A stretch of 38,117 bases of DNA from Candidatus Nanohaloarchaea archaeon (GCA_042218495.1 JBDGRC010000067.1:1-38117), one strand, 5' to 3'; positions 17,370 through 27,363 are shown, counted from the first letter of the stretch. Notes: generated by a model not told the origin, from the sequence alone. Made by a program: numbers and translations.

Positions 17370-19097
17370 ATGCGGGGTAGAAAAGCCAGGATCGGGCTTG
17401 CTGTACTGTTCTTGGTCGTTCAGGTTGGCACCGCCACGGCGGCGGAGAACGCCTCCGACTCATCCGACATAAACCTCGAGATCGGAGCCCGCTGCAAGGT
17501 AATAACTAAGGACTTCATACCTCCGAACGATGGAGTGCTCGGCAGGGGTAGAACAGGGTCCTTTTTCGCCCTGTTCGAGAACAGGGGAAGCCTGAACGCG
17601 ACCCTGGAAGCAAGGACTCTCAACCTGAGCTACATGAACAGGACGACCGACGAGAAGGAGTACCTCAACCTCAGCCTTCAGCAGGACATCTACGACAGCT
17701 ACAATCCTCTGGTGGACTACGGGAACTACACGGAAAACCTGTCGATAATCGGTCCGGAGAGCCGTGACGAGTACGCCAAGCTCTTCTCTGCGGTGGACGA
17801 GTACGATTTAAGGACTTATAACGCCACTCTCTACATGAATACGACATGCTCTGGCTTTGCTGACTACACCATAGAAAAGAGCTTCAACGTAACCGATCAG
17901 CTGACCATAGTCAACTCTTCCGGTGGCGTATCCGAGATAGGAAACAGGACAACTAACAGGACTTTCCCGGCAAACGTAACAGAGCTCGGCCAGGAGGAGA
18001 CTCCGCAGACAATTCCGGGGAACGCCACTCGATATGGGAACGCTACCACCAACCAGACCCTGCCGCGCAACGTGAACAGGACGGGCGGGCGGTCAAATCT
18101 GACGGTTCCCCGTGACGCGAACAGAACCGGCGGGAGATCAAACCGTACCGTCCCACAGGACGTTAACAGGACAGGTGGAGAAGCTAACCGGTCGGTCGAG
18201 GGAAGGAGCAGCGACAATCCTGGCTCCTTTCCCAGGCCGATACTGGAGCTGGAGCCGGAAAACCAGAGCATAACTGCGGTGCGCTCACGTTTTGCCAGGG
18301 TTAAGATGAACGTCAGGAATCTGGGGGATATACCCGTCACGGACCTGACGATCTCTCCCCTGCTATCCAAGTTCGAGGGAGGATGGGAGGCTCAGAACGC
18401 CTCCGTTGAAAACATCTCCAGCGGTGAGAACACCTCCCGCCTTATCCATATTAAGCCTCCTTCCACGGCTGAGCCGGGGAGATACATTGTTCCTGTCTCG
18501 GCCTACACCTCTAGAGGACGGGCGGACCTTGACTTCGTGCATCTGGACGTCAGGAAGGAGAACTTCCAGGCGAAGATCTCCGTGCTGGAGGCGCCCCGCC
18601 AGATCAGGCTAGAGGCCGGACAGAGCCAGGTGGCTCCGGTGCTCATCGAAAACACGGGTAAGAGGAAGCTCAGCAACGTCAGCCTGGATGTCCAGAACCT
18701 CAGGGACTGCGCGGAGGTTACATATCCCGAGATAGGAGACCTGGGTGTGAACGAGACGGCCTCTGTTCCGCTCCAGATCAGGACGGCCTCGGCAGTCTCC
18801 AACTGCAACTCCACCATCATGGTCTCTTCGGAAGAAGGAGCTTTCGCCTTCTCCAAAATGAGGACTGACATAGTGGAGGACGAAGGAGTGATACCCAGAG
18901 AGCAGAGACCTCCTTTCATAGCTCTCCTCTGGACGGCCGTTCTCTCGATTTATGCTGTGGTGAGGAGAAGATACAGTCTGGACTCGACAGCGGCGCTGGT
19001 TCCTCTAGTACTGCTGATAGCGGGAGAGGCAGTGATCCTCAGCTACATGGTTGCAAAATACTATGGGCTTATATCTCTGCCTTTCATGCCTTTCTAG
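17370..19097 (+). CDS. Cell-surface glycoprotein with repeat stalk, two NPCBM-associated/CARDB-like Ig domains and 2 C-terminal TMs
   Basis: Signal peptide; VRNLGDIPVTDLTI..PPSTAEPGRYIVPV; IENTGKRKLSNVSL; C-terminal TMs. Confidence 0.8.
   Translation: MRGRKARIGLAVLFLVVQVGTATAAENASDSSDINLEIGARCKVITKDFIPPNDGVLGRGRTGSFFALFENRGSLNATLEARTLNLSYMNRTTDEKEYLNLSLQQDIYDSYNPLVDYGNYTENLSIIGPESRDEYAKLFSAVDEYDLRTYNATLYMNTTCSGFADYTIEKSFNVTDQLTIVNSSGGVSEIGNRTTNRTFPANVTELGQEETPQTIPGNATRYGNATTNQTLPRNVNRTGGRSNLTVPRDANRTGGRSNRTVPQDVNRTGGEANRSVEGRSSDNPGSFPRPILELEPENQSITAVRSRFARVKMNVRNLGDIPVTDLTISPLLSKFEGGWEAQNASVENISSGENTSRLIHIKPPSTAEPGRYIVPVSAYTSRGRADLDFVHLDVRKENFQAKISVLEAPRQIRLEAGQSQVAPVLIENTGKRKLSNVSLDVQNLRDCAEVTYPEIGDLGVNETASVPLQIRTASAVSNCNSTIMVSSEEGAFAFSKMRTDIVEDEGVIPREQRPPFIALLWTAVLSIYAVVRRRYSLDSTAALVPLVLLIAGEAVILSYMVAKYYGLISLPFMPF
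17940..18197 (+). repeat. Degenerate intragenic tandem repeat, about 6 units of 45-48 bp (15-16 aa)
   Basis: GNRTTNRTFPANVTEL / GQEETPQTIPGNATRY / GNATTNQTLPRNVNRT / GGRSNLTVPRDANRT / GGRSNRTVPQDVNRT / GGEANRSV. Confidence 0.85.
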
Positions 19098-19100
19098 CCT

Positions 19101-21653
19101 TTATACTGACTCTATCGCCTTCTGTGAGTCGTTTATAAGCGAGTCTGCGTCTATACCGTCCATCTTGCCAGTATACTCATTCTCGCTGAGTTCCTCGAAG
19201 TACTCCGCAAGATTCCTCACCTCGGGTACCTCGTCACTTGAGATCCTCTCGGCGAGCTCTCTGTACGTCAGCTCTCTTTCCACGTCTCTCGTGAACTCGA
19301 GATACCCCTTCATTATGTGCGCGGTCTTGATTATGGCCTCCTCGTCCGGTAGAGACCTGTAGTCCTCCAGCAGTGCTGAGGCCTCGCTGCTATTTATGCC
19401 TTCGGATTCCTCTTTATCTTCTTTCTTTCTGTGCAGCTTATCCTCTAGCTCCTCCCGGAGGTTTTTGAGCCCTTCAAGCCTGTCGCTGTCGTCTTCCTCC
19501 TCCTTTTCCTTTGACGCTCCCATCAGCATCTCCAGGTCCTCCTCTGCCTCTTCCTCGATATCCTCTCGGTCTTCGTCGCTTTCCTGACTCTTCTGTCGGT
19601 CGATACTTTCCTTGAGCTTCTTAAGGTCTCTTGTAGATGCCTTGGCAAGTCTATCTGTCTTAAAATGATTCTCTAGCTCCTCGATCAGGCTCTTGCGTAT
19701 CCTTTCCTCGTCTTTTATCTTCTTGAGCTCTTCCAGAGGGAGCTCCTTCAGGAAGTCGAGTATATCGCCTTTTTCATCCTCGGAGACCTCCACGGAAGAT
19801 GTCTCATCCCCAGAAGCCTCACCCTGGCTTTCATCTTCCTGCTTCCCGGAGCTTTCCTCAGCCTTTTCCTGTTCTTCAAGCTTTTCATCCTCTCCGTCTC
19901 CCAGATCGGGGAGATCTTTCCCTTCGTCGTTTGCATCCGTCTGATCGCTCTTCGAGTCTTGCTCTTCTTCGCTTCCGAGGTCAGGGAGATCCTTCTTTTC
20001 CTTTTCTCCGTGCGCCTGATCCTTCTCAGGTTCCTCTTCCTCCTCATCTCCGTCAAGGTCAGGAAGGTCGCTTTCCTGATCATCATTTCCTGCGTCTTCA
20101 TCATCGCCCCCTGATTCGCCTCCAAGATCCGGTAGATCAGGCCCCTCGGTGTCCTCCTCCTCGTCTCCTTCCTCATCTTCTTCTCCGTCCGATCCTCCAA
20201 GATCGGGCAGGTCCGGGCCGCCGGAGCCGCCTTCGTCTTCTGTTTCATCATCCTGTTCAACTTTATCTGTCTCTCCTTTGCTATCAGGCAGATCGGGTCC
20301 TTCCGCAACTGAATCTTCTGATTCTCCTGAGCTGGGCTTCTCTCCCGAGCCATCGAGGTCCGGTAGATCAGGTCCTTCTGACAGCGCCATGTCGCCCTTC
20401 TTATCCTCTTCGTTCTCCTCCTCGTCATCCCTGGCTTTCTCATCCTCTCCGCTGCTTCCGGTATTCCCGGAGAGATCGGGAAGGTCCTGCTGTTCCGGAG
20501 CCTCCGACCCATCTGGATCGTCCTCTTCTGCTGCACTCTCTCCGGAATCCTCTTTCCCTCTTCCGTTCTCTGCATCCGCTGAATCCTTCTTAGACACATC
20601 GAGGTCCGGAATACCGGTGCCTGACGAAAGTGCCTCAAAACCATTGGTTTGCACCGGCTCCGGCCCGGAATCCGTCTCCTCTTCCGGGTCGCCTCCAGAT
20701 TCTTCCACCGTCTCCGTATTCTCCGTCTCGCCCGAGTTCTTGCCCCCATCTTTCTCTGACTCCTCGCTGCTTTTTTCGTCATCAGTCCCTTCTTCGACCC
20801 GTGAATCGTCTATTTCATCAGCAGCTGTCTCCGAGTCCTGAAAGCTGCTTTTCACGGAATCTTCGCTGCCATCAGAAGATTCTCCAGGAGCCTTTTCTGT
20901 TTCTTTCTCGAGTTCGTCTTTCAGATCTTCTTCTGAAACGACCCCAGAATCATCGGAGTCTCCGTGACTCTCTTTACGCACTATCTTCTCTTCTATCGCC
21001 TCGGTATCCGTTCTGGCAGACTCTTCTCCTTTCTCCAGGTCTTCGATTCTCTCCGCTATCCTTTCGAGGGAATCCTGATCGTCCGGTAGCGCATCTTCGC
21101 TCCCTTCCAGATCTCTGATCTTATCTTCAAGGTCCTCGAGATCTCTTTCAGCTTCTTCTATCTCTCTGTTGACCTCTCGTTCATTGATCTTTTGTTCCAG
21201 AAACTCTATGGCGGTCTTGCGATTTTTTAGCTGCTTCTCAGTCCTCAGAAGTCTTTCAAGGTCTTCTATGGACGGGTTCGCGGAGGAAACGGTTTTTTTC
21301 AGGTCTTCTACTGTCCCTGTGGTGCACTCCGCTATCCTCTCCACGGGAAGATCGGAGCCCTCGCCTGGAGCCCCATGGAAATCCTCTTCTTCCTTGATTA
21401 TTTCCAGTGCTTCCTCTAGCTCCTCCGCGTTCTCCTCAGCTCTTTCAAAAATATCTTCCTTTTTGCGTTCTCTTATTTCTTCTTCCAGCGTTTCTATAGC
21501 TGTTTTTCGTTCTCTTGTCTCTCTTTCTACCGCCAGTATATCCTGTAGGTCTTCTTCGGCCAGGTCCCGCTCATCAAGTATGTTTTCAAGCTCATTGACC
21601 GTCGACTTCGTGATCCTAGCTATCTCTTCCGCGTCAAGTGTTTCTTCGGCCAC
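19101..21653 (-). CDS. Very acidic, largely disordered protein with two RKTAIE helical modules, DLPDL repeats and a DUF4129-like C-terminal bundle
   Basis: 850 aa, E/D-rich, no TM, last gene after vWA. The C-terminal ELTYRELAERI..LAEYFEELSENEY pattern supports the DUF4129 resemblance, which is tentative. Confidence 0.8.
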   Translation of the reverse strand: MAEETLDAEEIARITKSTVNELENILDERDLAEEDLQDILAVERETRERKTAIETLEEEIRERKKEDIFERAEENAEELEEALEIIKEEEDFHGAPGEGSDLPVERIAECTTGTVEDLKKTVSSANPSIEDLERLLRTEKQLKNRKTAIEFLEQKINEREVNREIEEAERDLEDLEDKIRDLEGSEDALPDDQDSLERIAERIEDLEKGEESARTDTEAIEEKIVRKESHGDSDDSGVVSEEDLKDELEKETEKAPGESSDGSEDSVKSSFQDSETAADEIDDSRVEEGTDDEKSSEESEKDGGKNSGETENTETVEESGGDPEEETDSGPEPVQTNGFEALSSGTGIPDLDVSKKDSADAENGRGKEDSGESAAEEDDPDGSEAPEQQDLPDLSGNTGSSGEDEKARDDEEENEEDKKGDMALSEGPDLPDLDGSGEKPSSGESEDSVAEGPDLPDSKGETDKVEQDDETEDEGGSGGPDLPDLGGSDGEEDEEGDEEEDTEGPDLPDLGGESGGDDEDAGNDDQESDLPDLDGDEEEEEPEKDQAHGEKEKKDLPDLGSEEEQDSKSDQTDANDEGKDLPDLGDGEDEKLEEQEKAEESSGKQEDESQGEASGDETSSVEVSEDEKGDILDFLKELPLEELKKIKDEERIRKSLIEELENHFKTDRLAKASTRDLKKLKESIDRQKSQESDEDREDIEEEAEEDLEMLMGASKEKEEEDDSDRLEGLKNLREELEDKLHRKKEDKEESEGINSSEASALLEDYRSLPDEEAIIKTAHIMKGYLEFTRDVERELTYRELAERISSDEVPEVRNLAEYFEELSENEYTGKMDGIDADSLINDSQKAIESV
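19896..20612 (-). repeat. Dispersed (P)DLPDL(G/D) peptide repeat array
   Basis: 8 DLPD copies (QDLPDLSG, GPDLPDLDG, GPDLPDSKG, GPDLPDLGG twice, SDLPDLDG, KDLPDLGS, KDLPDLGD) plus a degenerate IPDLD, separated by acidic spacers. Confidence 0.85.
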
Positions 21654-21685
21654 GTTTCGGGCTTGTCAAGTCTGGAATATATGGG

Positions 21686-22624
21686 TTAGGGGAGGATGTC
21701 ATACCTGGTTACGCCCAGCGACCACTCGATCAGGATCAGCAGGAGGCCCGCCAGGATGAAGTACCTTGATATCTCGTTTTCCTCTGTCGTGGTCTCCTGC
21801 TCCAGAAACGCATTTCGAAGCTCGGAGCGGTTTGTCGCTGTCGTGAAGTTCCCCCCTGTCCTGTTCGCGATCTTTTTCAGGTTTGAGGTATCGAGGTTCG
21901 GGAAGCTGGCCCGGGAATCGTTTCTGGGCTCGCTGGAATTACGGGTCCCGAGACCCACCGTGTTCACGGACACGTTCTTCTTTCTCGCAAACTCTATGGC
22001 GGATGTTATGTTAGCTCCCACGTTGTTCCTGCCGTCCGTCACCAGTATTACCTCTCTGGACTGCTTTGATCCATCGAGCGCCGAGCTCCCGGTAAAAATA
22101 GCGCTTCCGATCGCCGTACCTGCTTTCTCTCCCACGGTTATGTTTTCTATTGATTCCCTGACCTCAGGGTGTTCATCCGAGGGCGGCATCACGGTCCTGG
22201 ATGTCCCGCTGAACTCCACCAGTCCGACGTCGGTGCTTTCCTCCGTTGCCTGGACAAAAGTTTGAGACGTCTTCCTGGCTGCTTCGAGCCTAGAGGGCTC
22301 TATGTCGCTGGAAAGCATCGATGCGGAGTTATCGATTGCTATCACATAGTCTGAGTTCGATGAAACAACCTCCTCCTCTATAACGGGCTGAGATATTCCT
22401 GCAACAAGAGTCGTTATCGTGAGGAACTTGAGAACCAGCATTATGTTGTTTGTCTTGAGAAAGTCGTTCCCGGATACCTTCTTCAGCGTCTCGTAGTTTC
22501 CAAACTTCATCGCGCGCTGTTTCTTCTTTTTCCTGGCGGCGAAGAACAGCACGACAGCCAGTCCGTTCGCGATGAACAGGATCTCCGCGAACTCATTCGT
22601 GAGCACAAGCCTTGTCACTACCAT
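21686..22624 (-). CDS. BatA-like von Willebrand factor A membrane protein
   Basis: Two N-terminal TMs, MIDAS DNSASM, GTAIG, LVTDG, C-terminal TM ending LLILIEW. Confidence 0.9.
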   Translation of the reverse strand: MVVTRLVLTNEFAEILFIANGLAVVLFFAARKKKKQRAMKFGNYETLKKVSGNDFLKTNNIMLVLKFLTITTLVAGISQPVIEEEVVSSNSDYVIAIDNSASMLSSDIEPSRLEAARKTSQTFVQATEESTDVGLVEFSGTSRTVMPPSDEHPEVRESIENITVGEKAGTAIGSAIFTGSSALDGSKQSREVILVTDGRNNVGANITSAIEFARKKNVSVNTVGLGTRNSSEPRNDSRASFPNLDTSNLKKIANRTGGNFTTATNRSELRNAFLEQETTTEENEISRYFILAGLLLILIEWSLGVTRYDILP

Positions 22625-23499
22625 CCCTCCCTGTTCTGATCGAAGAACTTCGCAAACTTGGCAGCAAAGTTGTCTCTGGTGTCCACCTTGATCGAGGCTG
22701 ATCCGCTACTTCTCAGCTTGTCCTTGAGCTCTTCCTCTTCCTTCTCAGCTTTTCTGTTAAACTTCTCAGCCTGCTGAGCCGTGTTCACGAGCGATTGGTT
22801 TTTCCCGTCAGGGGACTCAAACCTCATGTTACCTACCTCCGGAATTCTGTAGTCTCTCAGGTCTCTCGTGATTATGCTGAGCATATGCCTGAACTTTATG
22901 TTCCCCAGCTTCATGTTGGCTTTCCAGTCTCCCTCTATCTCCAGGAAGTCCGATATTATGAATACCGCGGTATCCTCCTTTATCTGGCCTATAGTGTCGC
23001 TTAACGCATCCTCCAGGTTTAGCTTTCCGCCATAGTTTTCTGGATCCGTCAGTTCGTGTAGAATCTTCTGGTACTGCTCCTGTCCGCCGCCTGGCGTTAT
23101 TATTCTCTGATCGTCGCCGAACATTCCGATTCCCACGTTTATGCCGGCGTCCACGGATCCATAGGCCAGTGCGGCGGCCATAACTGAAGCGTACTCGGAC
23201 TTCAGCTTCTCTGCTGTCCCGAACATCATAGTGTCGGAAACGTCCAGCAGTATGAACGTATCCATGTCTTTTTCCTCCTCGTATTCCTTGACATATAGGT
23301 CCTGTGTCTTTGCTGAGTTTTTCCAGTCTATCCTGGAGGCGTCGTCGGACGAAACGTACTCTCTGAGGTCCGAAAACTCTATGCCCGATGCCTGGAACTG
23401 TTCCTTGTATTTCAGTATTAGCCTGAAGAGCTCTGAAACTCGCTTCACCTCGACATCTATCTCGTCCGCTATCTGATCCGAGCCAAGTACCTTCTTCAC
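22618..23499 (-). CDS. DUF58 domain protein (MoxR partner)
   Basis: SGIEFSDLREYVSSDDASRIDWKNSAK, LYVKEYEEE, LLDVSDTM, IISDF. Confidence 0.92.
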   Translation of the reverse strand: MKKVLGSDQIADEIDVEVKRVSELFRLILKYKEQFQASGIEFSDLREYVSSDDASRIDWKNSAKTQDLYVKEYEEEKDMDTFILLDVSDTMMFGTAEKLKSEYASVMAAALAYGSVDAGINVGIGMFGDDQRIITPGGGQEQYQKILHELTDPENYGGKLNLEDALSDTIGQIKEDTAVFIISDFLEIEGDWKANMKLGNIKFRHMLSIITRDLRDYRIPEVGNMRFESPDGKNQSLVNTAQQAEKFNRKAEKEEEELKDKLRSSGSASIKVDTRDNFAAKFAKFFDQNREGW

Positions 23500-23603
23500 A
23501 ATCTATGGTTGTTGGTCCCGTGATTAAAACCTGACTCTGGGGTAAGGGTAAAAATCGCCGGTGTGATGGTTGCTACATGGGGTTAACTTCCGGGGGATTA
23601 ACA

Positions 23604-25925
23604 ATGAAGCTGTATCCGGTGATAGCGCTTGCAGCCCTTCTATCCGGGGTTGCGGGCCAGGGAATCGATGTACTTGAGCCGGATAATCAGTCCTACTCCT
23701 CTCAGCCGGACTACAACTTCACCAACACGAGTTCAAGCAACCTTACGTCGGTTAACTTCTCGATCGATTCGGCATCTAACATTTCCACGTCTCGGTCCGG
23801 CCAGTACTTCTCTAATAGCTCCCACGATGTCTCCGAGGGAAGTCACGATCTCAGGGTGTATGGGAGCAATGAATCAGGCGAGATTCTCGGTGAAAGCCTC
23901 TCGTTCACGTACGACTCCACTCCTCCTCAGGTGAACCTTTTGGAACTACCGTCGGATCCGGTGAGCGAGTTCGAGGTGAATGCGACGTACTCTGACTCTC
24001 TGTCAGGCATCGGGTCAACTTACTTTAACGTCACAAACTCTTCGGGCACTGTGTTCGCGGGCAGCTTCAACAGCACGGTTTCCAACCTTTCGACCGGTAG
24101 CTACAACATCAGCTACACTGTCAAAGACGGGGCTGGAAACAGCAAGACTAACTTCACGGCTGCAAACGTTTCAGTGGATAGCTCGGCGCCATCGCTCGAA
24201 ATCCTGAGTCCTGAGAGTGATGAGATTGTTTCAGGTTTCTTCGGCATAAACACGACTTATTCGGACGAAAACACCGTTGAGTCGGCTATGTACGAGGTTT
24301 CTGACTATTCGGGAACTGTCAACGCGAGCTTCAACTCCTCGAAACTCTCGGACGGAGGACACACGCTGAAGGTGAACGCGACAGACTCCGCCGGAAATAC
24401 TGCGGATGGAAGCGTCGATTTTGACGTTGACAATCATCCTCCGCGTGTTTCAAAGATCGAGGCCGATGGAGACGAACTTGAGTCCGGCGACAGGTTATCG
24501 TCCAACCTGACCATCGAGGCGTCGTTTAGCGACGAGGGATCGAAGGTGAATACTTCACTGTTCCGTTTCGTAAATGATTCCGGCTCAACGGGAGATTTTG
24601 AATCTGGAAACTTCGATGTCGGACTTTCTGAGGGCCTTTACAACCTAACTTTCAGCCTGATGGATGCGAGCGGTAACTGGAACAACTCCAGCTATGTTCA
24701 GAACCTGGAAGTGGACTCAACCGCTCCATCCGTTGAGTTAGGATCTTTACCGGAAGAATGGGTCAGAGAGGATGTCCGGGTCGAGCTTCAGTGCTCCGGA
24801 GAAGAAGAGGAGACTGTCGAAGGGGCGGTTTACACGGGATCGGAATACCTGTCGGCCTGGGAAGACGTCCCCAGAAACGTCACGGTCGGCGTCTCCGGCA
24901 ACAGCTCCATAGAGTTCAGGTGCAGGGACGGCCTTGGAAACACAGCAAGTTTGAAGAGGAACCTCGCGATAGATAAGGAAAAACCGGAGATCCAGTCCTT
25001 AGATCCGCTGGATTCCGGCGAACGTGTCGATACTTCATTTGAGGCTTCGATCAACTTTTCGGACGAGCTTTCCGGAGTAAGACCGGGATCCGGCAACTTC
25101 TGGATCTCGGGGAAGAAAGAAGGAGAGGCAGGAGACGTCTCATGGTCCGGGAGCGTCGCCTCCTTCCGCATTTCCGGTCTTCTGAAGAGCAGTCAGTACG
25201 ATCTGAAGGGATACGTGCTGGACATGGCAGGTAACAACCTCTCTATTTCCCGCGAATTCAAGACCGAGAGGCTCCCGGAGGACATCAGGGGTGCCGAGAT
25301 AATCAGAGAAACCATGAGTCTCGGAGCAGCTCAGTTCGACCTCGTGGACATTGGAGACAACAGCAAGGTCGTAATGAACATCTCGGACAGCTCCCTGTCG
25401 TCAATCCTGATCGTCACTGACGCGAAAGTCGATCGAAACTCCGTTACTGTCACGGAGACGTCCTCTCCAGGCGAGGTACAGGGGCCGAGAGCCGGTGAGC
25501 CATTCCGTTACTTCGCGGCGAGGCCCGAACGCAGTCTGGATCTGGAGACTCTCAGGCTAAGGGTGGAGGTGCCCCGAAGCTGGCTCAACAGTACAGGAGC
25601 GAACTCCTCGTCGCTGGTCCTGAAGAAGCTGGAAGGATCGAACTGGACATCCGTAAACACGACCGTGGTAAGAGAGGACGGCCAGAAGGCTGTGATAGAG
25701 GCCTCTCCTGACTCTTTCTCCAGGTACGTCGTCCTGGCGGAGGGAAGCGATTCGGGAGGACTCGGACTCGCGTTGACATCCGGATTCCTGGAGGGGTTCC
25801 AGGATCCCCAGAACTGGATATCGGCCTTTTTGATCGGAGGAATCCTGATATCCGCGGCTTATCTCACGGAAGAACTCGGATACATCGATATTGGCCTTGT
25901 CGAAAGGTTCCAGAGCCATTTCTAG
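23604..25925 (+). CDS. Surface glycoprotein with tandem Ig-like repeats, PGF-pre-PGF-like domain and C-terminal TM
   Basis: Signal peptide MKLYPV; recurring D(G/S/A/M)xGN and DxxxP boundaries (DSTPP, DSSAP, DNHPP, DSTAP, DKEKP); VEVPRSWL..W..V.T...EASPDSFSRYVV. Confidence 0.8.
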   Translation: MKLYPVIALAALLSGVAGQGIDVLEPDNQSYSSQPDYNFTNTSSSNLTSVNFSIDSASNISTSRSGQYFSNSSHDVSEGSHDLRVYGSNESGEILGESLSFTYDSTPPQVNLLELPSDPVSEFEVNATYSDSLSGIGSTYFNVTNSSGTVFAGSFNSTVSNLSTGSYNISYTVKDGAGNSKTNFTAANVSVDSSAPSLEILSPESDEIVSGFFGINTTYSDENTVESAMYEVSDYSGTVNASFNSSKLSDGGHTLKVNATDSAGNTADGSVDFDVDNHPPRVSKIEADGDELESGDRLSSNLTIEASFSDEGSKVNTSLFRFVNDSGSTGDFESGNFDVGLSEGLYNLTFSLMDASGNWNNSSYVQNLEVDSTAPSVELGSLPEEWVREDVRVELQCSGEEEETVEGAVYTGSEYLSAWEDVPRNVTVGVSGNSSIEFRCRDGLGNTASLKRNLAIDKEKPEIQSLDPLDSGERVDTSFEASINFSDELSGVRPGSGNFWISGKKEGEAGDVSWSGSVASFRISGLLKSSQYDLKGYVLDMAGNNLSISREFKTERLPEDIRGAEIIRETMSLGAAQFDLVDIGDNSKVVMNISDSSLSSILIVTDAKVDRNSVTVTETSSPGEVQGPRAGEPFRYFAARPERSLDLETLRLRVEVPRSWLNSTGANSSSLVLKKLEGSNWTSVNTTVVREDGQKAVIEASPDSFSRYVVLAEGSDSGGLGLALTSGFLEGFQDPQNWISAFLIGGILISAAYLTEELGYIDIGLVERFQSHF

Positions 25926-26953
25926 CGTACCGGAACGTGGTCAACTATCTCTTCGATGATATCGGCTACCTCTATACCCTGTGCCTCTCCCTCATAGTTC
26001 AGCATGATTCTGTGGATGAAAACGTCCTCTATTACTGCTCTTATGTCTTCGGGCGTCACGTAGTGTCTCTTGTGGTACATCGCGTGTGAACGGCCGGCGA
26101 GAGCGAGGTTGATCGATGCTCTCGGCGTGCAGCCCCATTCTATGTAGTCTGCGTAGTCCAGGTCGTATTCTCCGGGATTTCTTGAAGCGTCCACCAGGTC
26201 GACGATGTACGCCTTTATTTCGTCGCTGACCTTGACGTGTTTCGAGAACTCCTGCATGTCTCTGATCTCCTCCTGGGTAACTACCGGTTCGACGCCGAAG
26301 TCCTCGTCGTCCATGATGTTAGCGTTCATGTCGATGATCTTCCTCTCGTTCACCTTCTTGGGGTAGTCCAGGTATATCTTGAACATGAAGCGGTCTATCT
26401 GGGCCTCGGGGAGAGGGTAGGTTCCCCCTTGCTCTGTGGGATTCTGGGTGGCCATGACGAAGAAGGGCTCTGGAAGGTCGAACGTCTCGTCGCCGATCGA
26501 TACCTTGTGCTCCTGCATCGCCTCGAGCATCGCGGACTGAACCTTTGGCGGCGCCCTGTTGATCTCGTCCGCCAGGATGAAGTTCGCGAATATAGGTCCC
26601 TTCTCGACGTAGAACCCCTTCTCCTCGTTGTACGCTTCGACTCCTATGATGTCTGCTGGCAGGAGGTCCGGCGTGAACTGAACCCTGTTCATCTTGTCCT
26701 GAATCATGTTCATCTCATCGGTCTCAACTGTCTTCGAGAGCTGTTCGACCAGAAGAGATTTTCCGAGCCCTGGAACTCCTTCCAGCAGGACGTTTCCGCC
26801 CCCCATCACCGTCAGAAGAATCTTCCGTATCACGTCCTCCTGTCCGATGAATCCGTTCTGGATCTGGTTCTCCATCTTGTGGACGTTTTCTCCGAACTCT
26901 TCGGCGGCCTCGGCCAGCTCTTCATCGGAGTAGTCATCGTACTTGCTTGGCAT
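25922..26953 (-). CDS. moxR: MoxR-family AAA+ ATPase
   Basis: LLEGVPGLGKS, RVQFTPDLLPADI, LADEINRAPPKVQSAMLEAMQE, ATQNPTEQGGTYPLPEAQIDRF. Confidence 0.96.
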   Translation of the reverse strand: MPSKYDDYSDEELAEAAEEFGENVHKMENQIQNGFIGQEDVIRKILLTVMGGGNVLLEGVPGLGKSLLVEQLSKTVETDEMNMIQDKMNRVQFTPDLLPADIIGVEAYNEEKGFYVEKGPIFANFILADEINRAPPKVQSAMLEAMQEHKVSIGDETFDLPEPFFVMATQNPTEQGGTYPLPEAQIDRFMFKIYLDYPKKVNERKIIDMNANIMDDEDFGVEPVVTQEEIRDMQEFSKHVKVSDEIKAYIVDLVDASRNPGEYDLDYADYIEWGCTPRASINLALAGRSHAMYHKRHYVTPEDIRAVIEDVFIHRIMLNYEGEAQGIEVADIIEEIVDHVPVR

Positions 26954-26997
26954 TCATAATCACCTTAACTTTCGCTCGATAAAAAGTTCTCCACCTG

Positions 26998-27363
26998 CTA
27001 GAGCTCTCCTGCTATAGTGGATCCGGCGTCCATCACCACGTCTTTGATGTCTCCTATGCCGGTTTCCGCATCCGTGACTATGACAAGTATTCCTTCTTCG
27101 CCCGCGCTCATCGATATTATCTTCCCCTGTCTTGCTTCCACCGTCACTCCCTTGACTTCTCCTATTCCCACGGAGTCGGAGGCCGTGTCTCCCGATCCAA
27201 CCGTGGACGCTGTCATCGCGCCTACCTGATCCTCGTTTATGTCTTCTCCCAGGTCGGACGCTATCAGGAGCCCGTCCTGTCTAACCACGGCTGCTCCTGT
27301 CACTCCGTCCTCTTCCGTGATTTTCTCCAGTTCCTCGTCCACTATCTCCTGTGTGCTTGGCAT
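26998..27363 (-). CDS. Roadblock/LC7 (MglB-like) protein
   Basis: GVTGAAVVRQDGLLIAS..VGAMTA..VTVEARQGKII; preceded by a GGAGGT SD. Confidence 0.92.
   Translation of the reverse strand: MPSTQEIVDEELEKITEEDGVTGAAVVRQDGLLIASDLGEDINEDQVGAMTASTVGSGDTASDSVGIGEVKGVTVEARQGKIISMSAGEEGILVIVTDAETGIGDIKDVVMDAGSTIAGEL

Noticed and set aside
17940-20612. CRISPR array
   Set aside because: The repeats are in-frame, degenerate at DNA level and inside CDSs; no cas genes are present.
19396-21759. Long alternative-frame and antisense ORFs (e.g. 19748-20782, 19799-20593, 20149-20841, 21169-21759)
   Set aside because: Ser/Pro/Arg-rich shadows of the GA-rich low-complexity acidic gene; no independent coding signal.
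26237-26959. 240-aa antisense ORF over moxR (and similar ones over pheS, truD and minD)
   Set aside because: Codon-symmetric antisense shadows of strongly supported genes.
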